Assembly (NCBI GenBank): GCA_965217625.1 | Contig: OZ244557.1 | Coordinates: 1,341,827-1,405,826 of the forward strand | Direction: 5' to 3' | Origin: Dehalococcoidia bacterium | GTDB taxonomy: Bacteria > Chloroflexota > Dehalococcoidia > Bin125 | Length of the DNA stretch: 64,000 bases | In this document: positions 1 to 8,839 of the stretch, one piece after another | Numbering within the stretch: the first letter of the stretch is position 1 | Layout: each line of letters starts with the position of its first letter | Program-made: the position numbers and the translations under genes | The notes under the pieces: generated by a model | Seen by the model: the letters and a program-made list of their open reading frames with translations, nothing else | Databases searched by the model: none | Told to the model about the DNA's origin: nothing

Positions 1-1581
1 TGGGCCTGGGGCAACGAGTCGGACGAGCCGACCGAGGCCGAGCGGCGTGCCGAGGCCGACCGCCTCGCTGCGCTGAGCGGGCGGCCCGTCGAGGCGAAGC
101 CCCTGCCGACGCCCGAGACGATCGCCCTGCGAACGCCGCGCATTCGCGTGCCCACGGCGCTGGCCGAGTTCTGCCATACCGACGACTACCAGCGCGCCTC
201 GCGGACCTACGGGCGCTCATTCGTGGACCGGGTGCGGGCGGTGAACGGCGACTACGCGCACCCGCCCGACGTCGTGGCGCGGCCGCGCGAGGAGGACGAG
301 GTCCGGGCCGTGCTGGAGTGGTGCTCCGACGCGGGGCACGTCGTGATCCCCTTCGGCGGGGGATCGTCGGTGGTGGACGGGGTCAACCCGCCGGCGGCCG
401 CGGACTCCGTCGTGACGCTGGACCTGGGCGAGATGAACGAGGTGCTCACGGTCGACACGACGTCGCGGGCGGCGCGCATCCAGGCCGGGGCGCTGGGGCC
501 GCATCTGGAGGCGCAGTTGAAGCCGCACGGCCTCACGCTGCGGCACTTCCCGCAGTCGTTCGAGCACTCGACCCTGGGCGGCTGGATCGCGACCCGCTCC
601 GGCGGGCACTACGCGACGAACCACACCCACATCGACGAGTTCGTCGAGTCGCTGCGCATGCTCACCCCGGCGGGGGTGATGGAGTCGCGGCGGCTGCCGG
701 GCAGCGGCGCGGGCCCCAGCCCCGACCGCCTGGCGATCGGCAGCGAGGGCATGCTGGGCGTCATCACCGAGGCCTGGATGCGGCTGCAGAAGCGGCCCCA
801 GTACCGCGCCTCGGCTGGGGTGACGTTCGCCAGCTGGGAGGCGGCCTACCGGGGCGTCCTGCGGGTCGTGCAGGCGAAGCTGTGGCCCGCCAACCTGCGG
901 CTGCTCGACCCGCTGGAGGCGCGCACGGCGGCCGGGCTCGACGGGTCGCGGGCCCTCATGGTCGTGGGCTTCGAGTCGGGCGACGCGCCGGTGGGCGGCC
1001 TCATGCGCCAGGCGATCGCGATCGCGCGCGAGGCGGGGGGCGCCGTCGACGACGAGGAGATCCTGATCGACGACGGCGGCGGCGCGCCGACCGGCCGCGA
1101 AGGCGCCGTGGGAACGTGGCGCAAGTCGTTCATCACGGGGCCCTACGAGGCCAACCGCCGCATGGGCCTGGGCCTGGTGGCCGACACCTTCGAGACGGCG
1201 ATCACGTGGGACCGCTGGCCGGCGTTCGACGCGGCCATCCGGGAGGCCGTTGGACGGGTCCTGGCGGAGACGCTCGAAGCGCCGACCCTCAGCTGCCGCT
1301 TCACGCACGTCTACCCGGACGGCCCGGCGCCCTACTACACCTTCTCCGGCATCGGGCGGCAGGGCGCGGAGATCGAGCAGTTCTTCACGATCAAGCGGGC
1401 GGCGTCGGAGGCGGTGATCGCGGCGGGCGGCACGATCACGCATCACCACGCGGTCGGCCGCCAGCACCGGCCCTGGTACGACCGGCAGCGCCCGGAGCTG
1501 TTCGCCTCGGCGCTGCGGGCGGCGAAGCGGGAACTCGACCCGAACGGGGTGATGAACCCCGGCGTGCTGATCGATCCGTAG
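1..1581 (+). CDS. FAD-linked oxidase (alkyl-DHAP synthase / GlcD-like), 5' partial
   Basis: The frame is open from base 1, before the Met at 148, so the gene enters the window truncated. It has an IPFGGGSS FAD-binding (PCMH-type) motif and a C-terminal HHHAVGRQH motif characteristic of the FAD_binding_4/FAD-oxidase_C family. Confidence 0.7.
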   Translation, partial: WAWGNESDEPTEAERRAEADRLAALSGRPVEAKPLPTPETIALRTPRIRVPTALAEFCHTDDYQRASRTYGRSFVDRVRAVNGDYAHPPDVVARPREEDEVRAVLEWCSDAGHVVIPFGGGSSVVDGVNPPAAADSVVTLDLGEMNEVLTVDTTSRAARIQAGALGPHLEAQLKPHGLTLRHFPQSFEHSTLGGWIATRSGGHYATNHTHIDEFVESLRMLTPAGVMESRRLPGSGAGPSPDRLAIGSEGMLGVITEAWMRLQKRPQYRASAGVTFASWEAAYRGVLRVVQAKLWPANLRLLDPLEARTAAGLDGSRALMVVGFESGDAPVGGLMRQAIAIAREAGGAVDDEEILIDDGGGAPTGREGAVGTWRKSFITGPYEANRRMGLGLVADTFETAITWDRWPAFDAAIREAVGRVLAETLEAPTLSCRFTHVYPDGPAPYYTFSGIGRQGAEIEQFFTIKRAASEAVIAAGGTITHHHAVGRQHRPWYDRQRPELFASALRAAKRELDPNGVMNPGVLIDP

Positions 1582-1633
1582 GCCGCGCTGAGCGCCGGCG
1601 TTTGAGCGGCGCGCCGACCCCCGGCCGCCGACG

Positions 1634-2524
1634 CTAGCGGCTCCCCCGGAGCCGCGGATCCAGGACGTCGCGCAGGCGGTCGCCCATGAAGTTCGCCGCC
1701 AGGACGAACAGCATGATCAGCACGCCGGGCAGGATCGTGGGCCACACGCTGCTGCGGATGACGGGGAAGCCGTCCGCGATCATGTTGCCCCAGGTCGCCT
1801 GCGGCCGCTGCACGCCGACGCCCAGGAAGCTGAGCGCCGCCTCGGCGAGGACCGCGACGCCCACCAGCAGCGTGCCCTGCACGATCAGCGGCTGCACCGT
1901 GTTGGGCAGGAGGTGTCGCGCCAGGATGCGCTGGTCCGACGCCCCCAGCGCGCGCGCGGCCAGCACGAAATCCTGCGCCTTGAGCGACAACGTCAGCGCC
2001 CGCAGCAACCGCGCGAAGACCGGGAAGCTGGCTAAGCCGATCGCCAGCATCACGTTTACCAGGCTGGTGCCCGCGATGGCCACGATCGCCAGGATCAGGA
2101 CGAACGGCGGGATCGAGATCCAGGTGTCCACGAAGCGCATCAGGATGGTGTCGATCCAGCCGCCGAAATAGCCCGCGCCCAGCCCAATGGGCAGCGCCAC
2201 GCCCGCGGCGATCGCGACCACGATCAGCCCCACCGTGACCGAGACGCGGCTGCCGTACATGGCGCGGCTGAGGGTATCGCGGCCCAGTTGGTCGGTGCCC
2301 ATCGGGTGGGACCAGGATGGCGGCTCCAGGCTGGCGCGGAGATCCTGCTCGTTCTCGCCGGAGGGGGCGAGCGCCGGGCCGAACACGGCGAAGAAGATGA
2401 CGACCCCGAAGATGAACGCGGCCAGCGCGGCCTTGGGATCTTGCAGGAAGATCCGGACGCCCTTGGGCACGCGCAGCCGGCGGAACTGGGGCGCCGACAC
2501 CGGGAGGTCTTCGCGCTCGGTCAT
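1634..2524 (-). CDS. ABC transporter permease, DppC/OppC family
   Basis: Multi-TM protein ending in DRLRDVLDPRLR, the typical BPD_transp_1 C-terminus. The start is chosen at MTERED, where ATG (2524) overlaps the upstream permease stop (2521-2523) as ATGA. The six-frame ORF 1634..2986 is an over-extension. Confidence 0.85.
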   Translation of the reverse strand: MTEREDLPVSAPQFRRLRVPKGVRIFLQDPKAALAAFIFGVVIFFAVFGPALAPSGENEQDLRASLEPPSWSHPMGTDQLGRDTLSRAMYGSRVSVTVGLIVVAIAAGVALPIGLGAGYFGGWIDTILMRFVDTWISIPPFVLILAIVAIAGTSLVNVMLAIGLASFPVFARLLRALTLSLKAQDFVLAARALGASDQRILARHLLPNTVQPLIVQGTLLVGVAVLAEAALSFLGVGVQRPQATWGNMIADGFPVIRSSVWPTILPGVLIMLFVLAANFMGDRLRDVLDPRLRGSR

Positions 2525-3483
2525 TGGTAGCGAATCCGTGGATCGAGCACGCTGTAGGCGATGTCGGCGAGCAGGTTGGCCGTCACCACGGCGATGGTGA
2601 CGAGGAAGACGATGCCCTGGAGGACTTTGAAATCGTGCGTGATCGTGGCGTCGAAGGCGAGCCGCCCGACACCGGGCATCGCGAAGATTCGCTCCAGGAT
2701 GATGCTGCCGCCGAACAGCGCCCCGATTTGCAGCCCCATGATGGTGACGACCGGCAGCATGGAGTTCTTCAGCACGTGGCGGAAGAGGACCGTGCGGCTC
2801 GCCAGGCCTTTCGCCCGCGCGGTCACGATGTAGTCCTGGCGGCGCACCTCCAGCACGGCGGATCGTGTTTGCCGCGCGATAACGGCGACGCCGGCGAGCG
2901 AGAGCGCGAAGACCGGCATCGCCAGGTGTTTGGCGGCCTGGAGCGGGTCGGTGGTCGGGTCGACCCAGCCCGACGTGGGCAGCCATCCCAGCCCGACCGA
3001 AAAGAGGATGATCATCCCAATCGCGAGCCAGAAGTTCGGCGCCGCGACCCCCACGACGGCGAGAAAGGTGACGCCCAGGTCACCGCGCGTTCCCGGCCGC
3101 ACGCCGGCGAGTAGGCCCAGCGTCAGTCCCAGGACGATGCTCAACGCGAGCGCCAGGCCATTGAGCCAGAGCGAGATCGGTAAGCGCTCGCCGATGATCT
3201 CGGTCACCGGTTGCCGCGACGTCAGCGACTGGCCGAAGTCGAAGTGGAAGACGACCCGCTCGACGTAGCGGAAATAGCGCTCCGGGAGCGATCCGGTGAG
3301 GCCGAACTGCTCCTTGATCCGCGCGATGTCCTCGGCGTCGAGTTGGTTCCCCTCCTGTGCCCGCCCAATGAGGGCCAGCACCGGATCGCCGGGCACCAAC
3401 TCCAGCCCGGCGAAGGTCAGGATCGACACCAGGATCAGGACGGGCAGCGCCTGGACCAGCCGAGCCAGGACGTACTTGCTCAC
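2521..3483 (-). CDS. ABC transporter permease, DppB/OppB family
   Basis: N-terminus MSKYVLARLVQALPVLILVSILTF and an internal EAA-like loop place it in the DppB family. It lies 72 bp downstream of the SBP gene and is translationally coupled to the next permease. Confidence 0.85.
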   Translation of the reverse strand: MSKYVLARLVQALPVLILVSILTFAGLELVPGDPVLALIGRAQEGNQLDAEDIARIKEQFGLTGSLPERYFRYVERVVFHFDFGQSLTSRQPVTEIIGERLPISLWLNGLALALSIVLGLTLGLLAGVRPGTRGDLGVTFLAVVGVAAPNFWLAIGMIILFSVGLGWLPTSGWVDPTTDPLQAAKHLAMPVFALSLAGVAVIARQTRSAVLEVRRQDYIVTARAKGLASRTVLFRHVLKNSMLPVVTIMGLQIGALFGGSIILERIFAMPGVGRLAFDATITHDFKVLQGIVFLVTIAVVTANLLADIAYSVLDPRIRYQ

Positions 3484-3555
3484 GCGGAACCTCTGTCCCG
3501 GCAGCGTCCAGCCACGCCCTCCCGGGGCGTGGCTGGACGGGCGTGCGGGGGATGG

Positions 3556-5709
3556 CTATAGGTCTGTCCGGTGCAACTCCTTGAACCATTCGAACCCGTT
3601 GAGGTCGAATTGGGCGCCGCCCACGCCGGGACGGCTGAACTGGTAGCGGGGGGTGTAGAGCCCGGGCAGGATGCTGTAGAGCCGCTCCGCCTGGATCTCC
3701 TGAATCTCGGCGTAGATCCGCTGGCGCTCCTGCGTGTCGTAAGTGGAGACCGCGTCCTGGACGAGGCCCTCGACCTCCGGCACCGGACCACCGCCGTGGT
3801 TCCACGCCCCCTTCTCGGTCAGGCACAACTGCAGGAAGGTATCGGGCTCACCCCGGTCGCCGCCGGCGCAGAAACTTTGCACATCGCCCGCCTGGCCGCG
3901 GTTCGTCGCGGCGCGCGATTGGACCTCCTCGGAGGTGGCCCGGATGACGCGCACGCCCAACTCTTCCCAGTTCGGGACCACTGCCTCGAACATGGGCACG
4001 ATGCCGGACCAGCAGGGCCCGATGTCCATCACGAGCTCATCTTCGGTCAGGCCCGACCTGGCGATCAGCTCCTTGGCCTTCTCCATGTTGAACTCGGTGG
4101 GATAGCCCGGTTGCGGCGCGTGCGCCCAGTTGCCGCTGGAGAGGATGGAGACGCCCACGTCCGCGCGCCCCTCGTAGAACACCTCGTTCGCGGCGTCCAG
4201 ATCCCAGGCGTACATCAGCGCCCGCCGGAAGTCGACGTTGGCCGCCGGACCGAGTTCGTGGTTCACCCACCAGGACCAGTGCAGCGAGCCCTTGCGGAAT
4301 ACCGAAGACAGTTCCTCATTCTCCAGCAGCAGCCCCACCTGACTGTCCGGGGCGTTCAAGGCGTCGACGTCGCCGGCCTCAAGCGCCGCGGCCTGGACCA
4401 CCTCGTCCGGGATGACCACGAGGTGGAACTCATCCAGCAGGCCGTAGGGTCCGCCGTCTTCGCGTCGCTGCCAGCTGTCCTGGAACGGGGTCAGCACGCT
4501 GGACTGCTCGTTCACCCAGCTGCTGAGTTGGTAGGGGCCGGTGCCGACGGGGCTGACGCGCAACTCCTCGAGGGACGTCGCCTCCGCGTGGGTGGGGGAG
4601 ATCATCATGCCGCCGCGCTCCTGCAGGTTCGTGAGCAGCGCCGCGTTGGGCCCCGTCAGGCCGAAGCCGATCGTGTGGCTGTCGAGCACGTCTTTCGATT
4701 CGATCACCGCGAACGCGGCCGCGTACAGGCCCCCGCCCGGGATCTCCGTGTCGACAGCGCGATCGAGATTGAACTTGACGGCGTCGGCGTCGAAGTCGGT
4801 CCCGTCGTGGAACCGCACGCCCTGCTGGAGCGTGAAGACGATGTTGGTCTCATCCACGAGCTCGAACGCTTGCGCGAGTGACGCGTCCAGGTCGACCTGG
4901 CCGTCCGCGCGTGTCGCGATCAGCGGGTCGTAGAACGCCCGCCACAGGCCGGATTGCGTGGTCGCCGTCGAGGGATCCAGGCCCCCGGCGCCAATCAATT
5001 CCCCGAACGAGGCGTACCTAACGATCCCGCCGCGGGGCACTCCGCTGACGGCCGGGGCCGGCGCGTCCTCCTCGTCGGCCATTGTGGCGGCGTCGGCGGC
5101 CTCGCGGGCGGCCTGCGCCGCGTCCTCGGCAGCCGCGACGGCGGCCGCGGCGGTCTCGGCCGCAGCCGCGGACGCCTCCCCGGCGGCGGCAGCAGCGGCC
5201 GCCGCGGCGTCGGCTGCGGCCTGTGCGGCGGCAGCCGCGGCGGCGGTGTCCTCGGCGCCCGCCTCCCGCGCGGCCTGAGCGGCCGCAGAGGCGGCATCGG
5301 CGGCCGCCTGCGCGACGGCGGCGGCGCCCGCGTCGCCGGCCGCCCGGGCCGCGTCGGCGGCATCGGCGGCGGCTTCGGCCGCCGCCTGGGCGGCAGCGGC
5401 CGCCTGTTCGGCGTCATCGGATTCGGCCGCTTCGGCCGCCAGGGCGGAGGCCGCCTCGGCGGCTTCGGCGGCGCGGCCCGCGGCATCGGCGGCCGCGCTC
5501 GCGGCCTCGGCGGCGGCGGCCGCGTCGCCCGCGGCCGCGTCGATCGCCGACGTATCGACCGCGGCCGGCGCGGCGTCATCGTCGTCGTCGCCGCAGCCGA
5601 CCAGGGCCAGCCCGGCGGCGCCAATGCCAGCCTTGGCGCTGGCTCCCAACATGGTGCGACGCGAGATCTTTCGCTGTCGCAGGGTGGTCCAATAGTTCCG
5701 GTCGCTCAT
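3556..5709 (-). CDS. ABC transporter substrate-binding lipoprotein (SBP family 5, peptide/nickel type) with ~170-aa Ala/Glu/Asp-rich linker
   Basis: Twin-arginine-like signal RRTMLGASAKAGIGAAGLALVGCG with a lipobox. It is followed by a long poly-Ala acidic low-complexity segment and then a typical SBP_bac_5 body. It is a paralog of 55523..57997. Confidence 0.85.
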   Translation of the reverse strand: MSDRNYWTTLRQRKISRRTMLGASAKAGIGAAGLALVGCGDDDDDAAPAAVDTSAIDAAAGDAAAAAEAASAAADAAGRAAEAAEAASALAAEAAESDDAEQAAAAAQAAAEAAADAADAARAAGDAGAAAVAQAAADAASAAAQAAREAGAEDTAAAAAAAQAAADAAAAAAAAAGEASAAAAETAAAAVAAAEDAAQAAREAADAATMADEEDAPAPAVSGVPRGGIVRYASFGELIGAGGLDPSTATTQSGLWRAFYDPLIATRADGQVDLDASLAQAFELVDETNIVFTLQQGVRFHDGTDFDADAVKFNLDRAVDTEIPGGGLYAAAFAVIESKDVLDSHTIGFGLTGPNAALLTNLQERGGMMISPTHAEATSLEELRVSPVGTGPYQLSSWVNEQSSVLTPFQDSWQRREDGGPYGLLDEFHLVVIPDEVVQAAALEAGDVDALNAPDSQVGLLLENEELSSVFRKGSLHWSWWVNHELGPAANVDFRRALMYAWDLDAANEVFYEGRADVGVSILSSGNWAHAPQPGYPTEFNMEKAKELIARSGLTEDELVMDIGPCWSGIVPMFEAVVPNWEELGVRVIRATSEEVQSRAATNRGQAGDVQSFCAGGDRGEPDTFLQLCLTEKGAWNHGGGPVPEVEGLVQDAVSTYDTQERQRIYAEIQEIQAERLYSILPGLYTPRYQFSRPGVGGAQFDLNGFEWFKELHRTDL

Positions 5710-5817
5710 GGCAATCCCCCTTCTGTGGATTCCGGGCTGGCCTCGTGCGGGACGGCCCGATGCCTGACCGCGCGCAGTATGGCAGGTTACGAGAGCACCC
5801 CGCTTCGACGTTATCTC

Positions 5818-5853
5818 AACTTGAAAAAGTAAGGTAACCTGCGTGTAAAATCC
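5818..5853 (+). promoter_or_regulatory. candidate sigma70-like promoter (TTGAAA ... TAAAAT) in AT-richer divergent intergenic region
   Basis: ttgaaaaagtaaggtaacctgcgtgtaaaat sits upstream of the + strand gene at 5877/5970. It is a local GC dip in a 70% GC background. Confidence 0.25.
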
Positions 5854-5969
5854 TTGATGGCCCCATCGACCCGAATTTGGGCGTCTGCGTTGGGCACCGG
5901 GGCGGGGTCGGTGGGGCCAGCGCCCCCGGCGACACCATCAAGAACAATGCAGACGGGGCTGCATCCGGC

Positions 5970-7643
5970 ATGATCGTCACGGCGGAGCGCGATAGACTGC
6001 GCGCCGAGATGACGACCACAGACGCCGCGCTGCCCAGCTTCGGACTCGCCGACGGATCGGCGGAGCGCCGCTTCCCCACCGGGCGCAGCACGCTGCTGTG
6101 CTTCGTCAAGGAGGACTGTCCCACCTGCCGGCTGTCGATGCCGCTGATCCGGGAGATGCAGGAGCGCTACGGGGAGGCCGTCGATGTCTGGGCCGTGGGC
6201 CAGGACGCGGCGGGCAACGCCGTGCTGATGGACGAGTTCGGGCTGCCCGGCCCCATGCTCGACGACTCCGGGCTGGGGGTCTCCTACGCCTTCGCCATCG
6301 ACACGGTGCCGACGCTGATCCTGACCGACGGCGATGGGCGCGAGCAGCGCCGCTTCCACGGCTTCGGCCGCGACGACTTCCGCGACATGACGACGGAGCT
6401 GTCGCGGCTGAGCGGCCTGGGCGGCGCGGCCGTCGATTGGGACAGCTACCCCGTGTCGATGCCGGGCTGCGGCTCGAAGTCGATGGAGCCGGGCATCTAC
6501 GAGCGGCTCCAGGCGGCGGCGGAGGGCTCGCCGATCCGCGCGCGCCGCATCGAGGTCGGCGCCCAGGAGGACGTCTACGAGTTGCTCTACGAGCAGGGCG
6601 TGACGGACGGCCTGCCGGTGCTGCCGCCCACGCCCGAGCGCGTCGTGCGGATGCTGGCGACCACCGACCGGGACCCGCAGGAGCAGATCGCGGTGCTGCC
6701 CCCCAACCTCGCGCCGGTGACGATCGAGAAGGTGGCGATCAACGCGGTGCTGGCGGGCTGCAAGCCCGAGTACTTCCCCGTCGTGCTGGCAGCGACGGAG
6801 GCCGTCGCCGACGAGCGCTTTAACGTGCACGGCGCGATGGCGACGACGATGGGCGGCGCGCCGGTGCTGATCGTGAACGGCCCGGTGCGCGACCGCATCG
6901 GCATGAACTCGGGACAGGGGGCGCTGGGCCAGGGCAATCGCGCCAACGCGACGATCGGCCGCGCGGTGCGATTGGTCGTGCGCAACATGGGCGGCCACCG
7001 GCCCGGCGGCACGGAGCGCGCCACGATCAGCTGGCCGGGCAAGTACACGCTGTGCTTCGCGGAGGCGGAGGAGGTGGCGCCGACCTGGACGCCGCTGCAC
7101 GTGGAGCGCGGCTTCGCCCCGGAGGACAGCGTCGTGACGGCGCTGATCCAGACGGCCGGGCCGTCGCAGGTCATCGATGAGACGTCGCGCACGCCCGAGG
7201 CGCTGGGGGGCAGCATCGGCCTCAAGGCGGCGATGGCGCGCCACGCCAAGATGCCGGCCATCGGCGAGACGCTGGTCGTGGTCTCGCCGGAGCACTACCG
7301 CACCCTGGCCGCGGCCGGCTGGAGCAAGGACGACCTCCGGCGCCGCATCCAGGAAGTCGGCGTGCAGCCGCTGCGGGCGCTGCTGGCCGACGAGGAGTCG
7401 GGCGGGCTGGCGGGGGCCGGCCTGCAGCCCTTCCTCAAGGGCGGCGACCTGGACGGGGCCGACCTCGACCGCCCGATCCGCAAGTTCCGGTACGACGACT
7501 GGCTGATGATCGTGGTGGCCGGCGGGGGCGCGGGCAAGTGGTCGGCCGTGCTGGACGCCTTCGGGTCGGGGCCCGGCGGGACGCTGGCGGTGAGCAAGAA
7601 GATCGCGCCCATCCGGGGGGCGTCGGCGGGAGCGGGCGCGTGA
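5970..7643 (+). CDS. two-domain protein: N-terminal redoxin/TlpA-like thioredoxin-fold domain (CPTC) + C-terminal conserved domain of unknown function
   Basis: The FVKEDCPTCRL ... VPTLILTDG pattern fits a thioredoxin fold. The C-terminal ~400 aa are paralogous to the next gene (shared VTDGLPVxPPTPxRVxRML, EKVAINAVxAGCKPEYFP, NATIGRAVRLVxRN). The start is ambiguous among TTG 5877, ATG 5970 and ATG 6009. Confidence 0.6.
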   Translation: MIVTAERDRLRAEMTTTDAALPSFGLADGSAERRFPTGRSTLLCFVKEDCPTCRLSMPLIREMQERYGEAVDVWAVGQDAAGNAVLMDEFGLPGPMLDDSGLGVSYAFAIDTVPTLILTDGDGREQRRFHGFGRDDFRDMTTELSRLSGLGGAAVDWDSYPVSMPGCGSKSMEPGIYERLQAAAEGSPIRARRIEVGAQEDVYELLYEQGVTDGLPVLPPTPERVVRMLATTDRDPQEQIAVLPPNLAPVTIEKVAINAVLAGCKPEYFPVVLAATEAVADERFNVHGAMATTMGGAPVLIVNGPVRDRIGMNSGQGALGQGNRANATIGRAVRLVVRNMGGHRPGGTERATISWPGKYTLCFAEAEEVAPTWTPLHVERGFAPEDSVVTALIQTAGPSQVIDETSRTPEALGGSIGLKAAMARHAKMPAIGETLVVVSPEHYRTLAAAGWSKDDLRRRIQEVGVQPLRALLADEESGGLAGAGLQPFLKGGDLDGADLDRPIRKFRYDDWLMIVVAGGGAGKWSAVLDAFGSGPGGTLAVSKKIAPIRGASAGAGA

Positions 7644-8767
7644 CGAGTACGCACGAGCCGATCCGGCCGGCGCGGCGGATCACGATCGCGCCCGGCGACG
7701 ACGTCGATGAGTTCCTGTTCGACCAGGGGGTGACGGACGGCCTGCCGGTCGTGCCGCCGACGCCGGCGCGGGTGGAGCGGATGCTGGCGGCGACGCGCCG
7801 CGATCCGCTGGAGGAGATCGCCGTGCTGCCGCCGAACCTCGCGCCGCTGAGCGTGGAGAAGGTCGCGATCAACGCCGTCATGGCGGGCTGCAAACCGGAG
7901 TACTTCCCGACCGTCCTGGGCGGCGTGGACGCGATCGCCGACGAGCGCTTCGGGCTGCACGGCGTGGGCGCGACGACGATAGGCGGCTCCCCGGTGCTGA
8001 TCGTGAACGGCCCGGTGCGCGACCGCATCGGCGTCAACTGCGAGCAGGGGGCGCTGGGCCAGGGCTACCGGGCGAACGCCACCATCGGCCGCGCGGTGCG
8101 GCTGGTGATCCGCAACGTGGCGGGGCACCGGCCGGGCGGGACGGAGCGCGCGACGATCGGCTGGCCCGGCAAGTACACGATGTGCTTCGGCGAGTGGGAG
8201 GAGCGCGCGCCGGACTGGCGCCCGCTGCACGTCGAGCGCGGCTTCGACCCCGGCGACAGCGTGATCACGGCCGTCGCGCAGTCCGGCGGGCCCAGCCAGA
8301 TGATCGACGAGTCCTCGCGCACGGCGAAGGCGCTGGCGGGCAGCATCGGCCTCAAGCTGCGCGGGCAACACCACCCGCGCAAGCAGTCGCTGGGGGAGGT
8401 GGTCGTGGTGGTGTCGCCGGAGCACTACGACACCCTGGCGGCCGACGGCTGGAGCAAGGACGACCTGCGCCGGCGGATTCAGGAGGTCGGCCGTCGGCCG
8501 CTGCGCGACCTGCTGGAGAGCGATCGGATGGGGGGATTCCCGACGCTCTGGCTGGAGAAGTTCCCCGCGTTCCTGCCGCCGCTCCCCATCCACGACGCCG
8601 ACGGGGCGCTGCGTCCAGACGCGATGGAGATCCTCATCCCGAAGTTCGCGGACGACGCGATGATCAACATCGTCGTCGCGGGGGGCGGCGCCGGGAAGTT
8701 CACCTCGATCTTCGATCCCCTGGGGGGGATGGGCTCCGTCAGCAAGAAGATCGAAGACCCGGTCTGA
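7640..8767 (+). CDS. paralog of C-terminal domain of preceding gene (unknown function)
   Basis: GTG start at 7640 overlaps the upstream stop as GTGA (7640-7643). It is about 50% identical to residues ~230-588 of the previous protein. Confidence 0.6.
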   Translation: MTSTHEPIRPARRITIAPGDDVDEFLFDQGVTDGLPVVPPTPARVERMLAATRRDPLEEIAVLPPNLAPLSVEKVAINAVMAGCKPEYFPTVLGGVDAIADERFGLHGVGATTIGGSPVLIVNGPVRDRIGVNCEQGALGQGYRANATIGRAVRLVIRNVAGHRPGGTERATIGWPGKYTMCFGEWEERAPDWRPLHVERGFDPGDSVITAVAQSGGPSQMIDESSRTAKALAGSIGLKLRGQHHPRKQSLGEVVVVVSPEHYDTLAADGWSKDDLRRRIQEVGRRPLRDLLESDRMGGFPTLWLEKFPAFLPPLPIHDADGALRPDAMEILIPKFADDAMINIVVAGGGAGKFTSIFDPLGGMGSVSKKIEDPV

Positions 8768-8839
8768 CGGCGCTATGCTACGCGGAGCGGATCCGCGGAG
8801 ATCGAACCGCCGCACCGCGGCGAAGAACGGAGAGAGGCG

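Noticed and set aside
217-1637. Long overlapping ORFs 217..1467(-) and 318..1637(+) across the FAD-oxidase gene
   Set aside because: They are Arg/Gly/Ala-rich and lie in alternate or antisense frames of a real gene. Open frames like this are typical of 70% GC DNA, and they show no domain signal.
4954-5837. Arg-rich and Pro-rich ORFs (4954..5832+, 5082..5837+, 4995..5624-) over the SBP gene and the analogous 56705..58081+/56971..57918- over its paralog
   Set aside because: They are alternate-frame readings of the GCN-repeat DNA that encodes the poly-Ala linker. No independent start or RBS context supports them.
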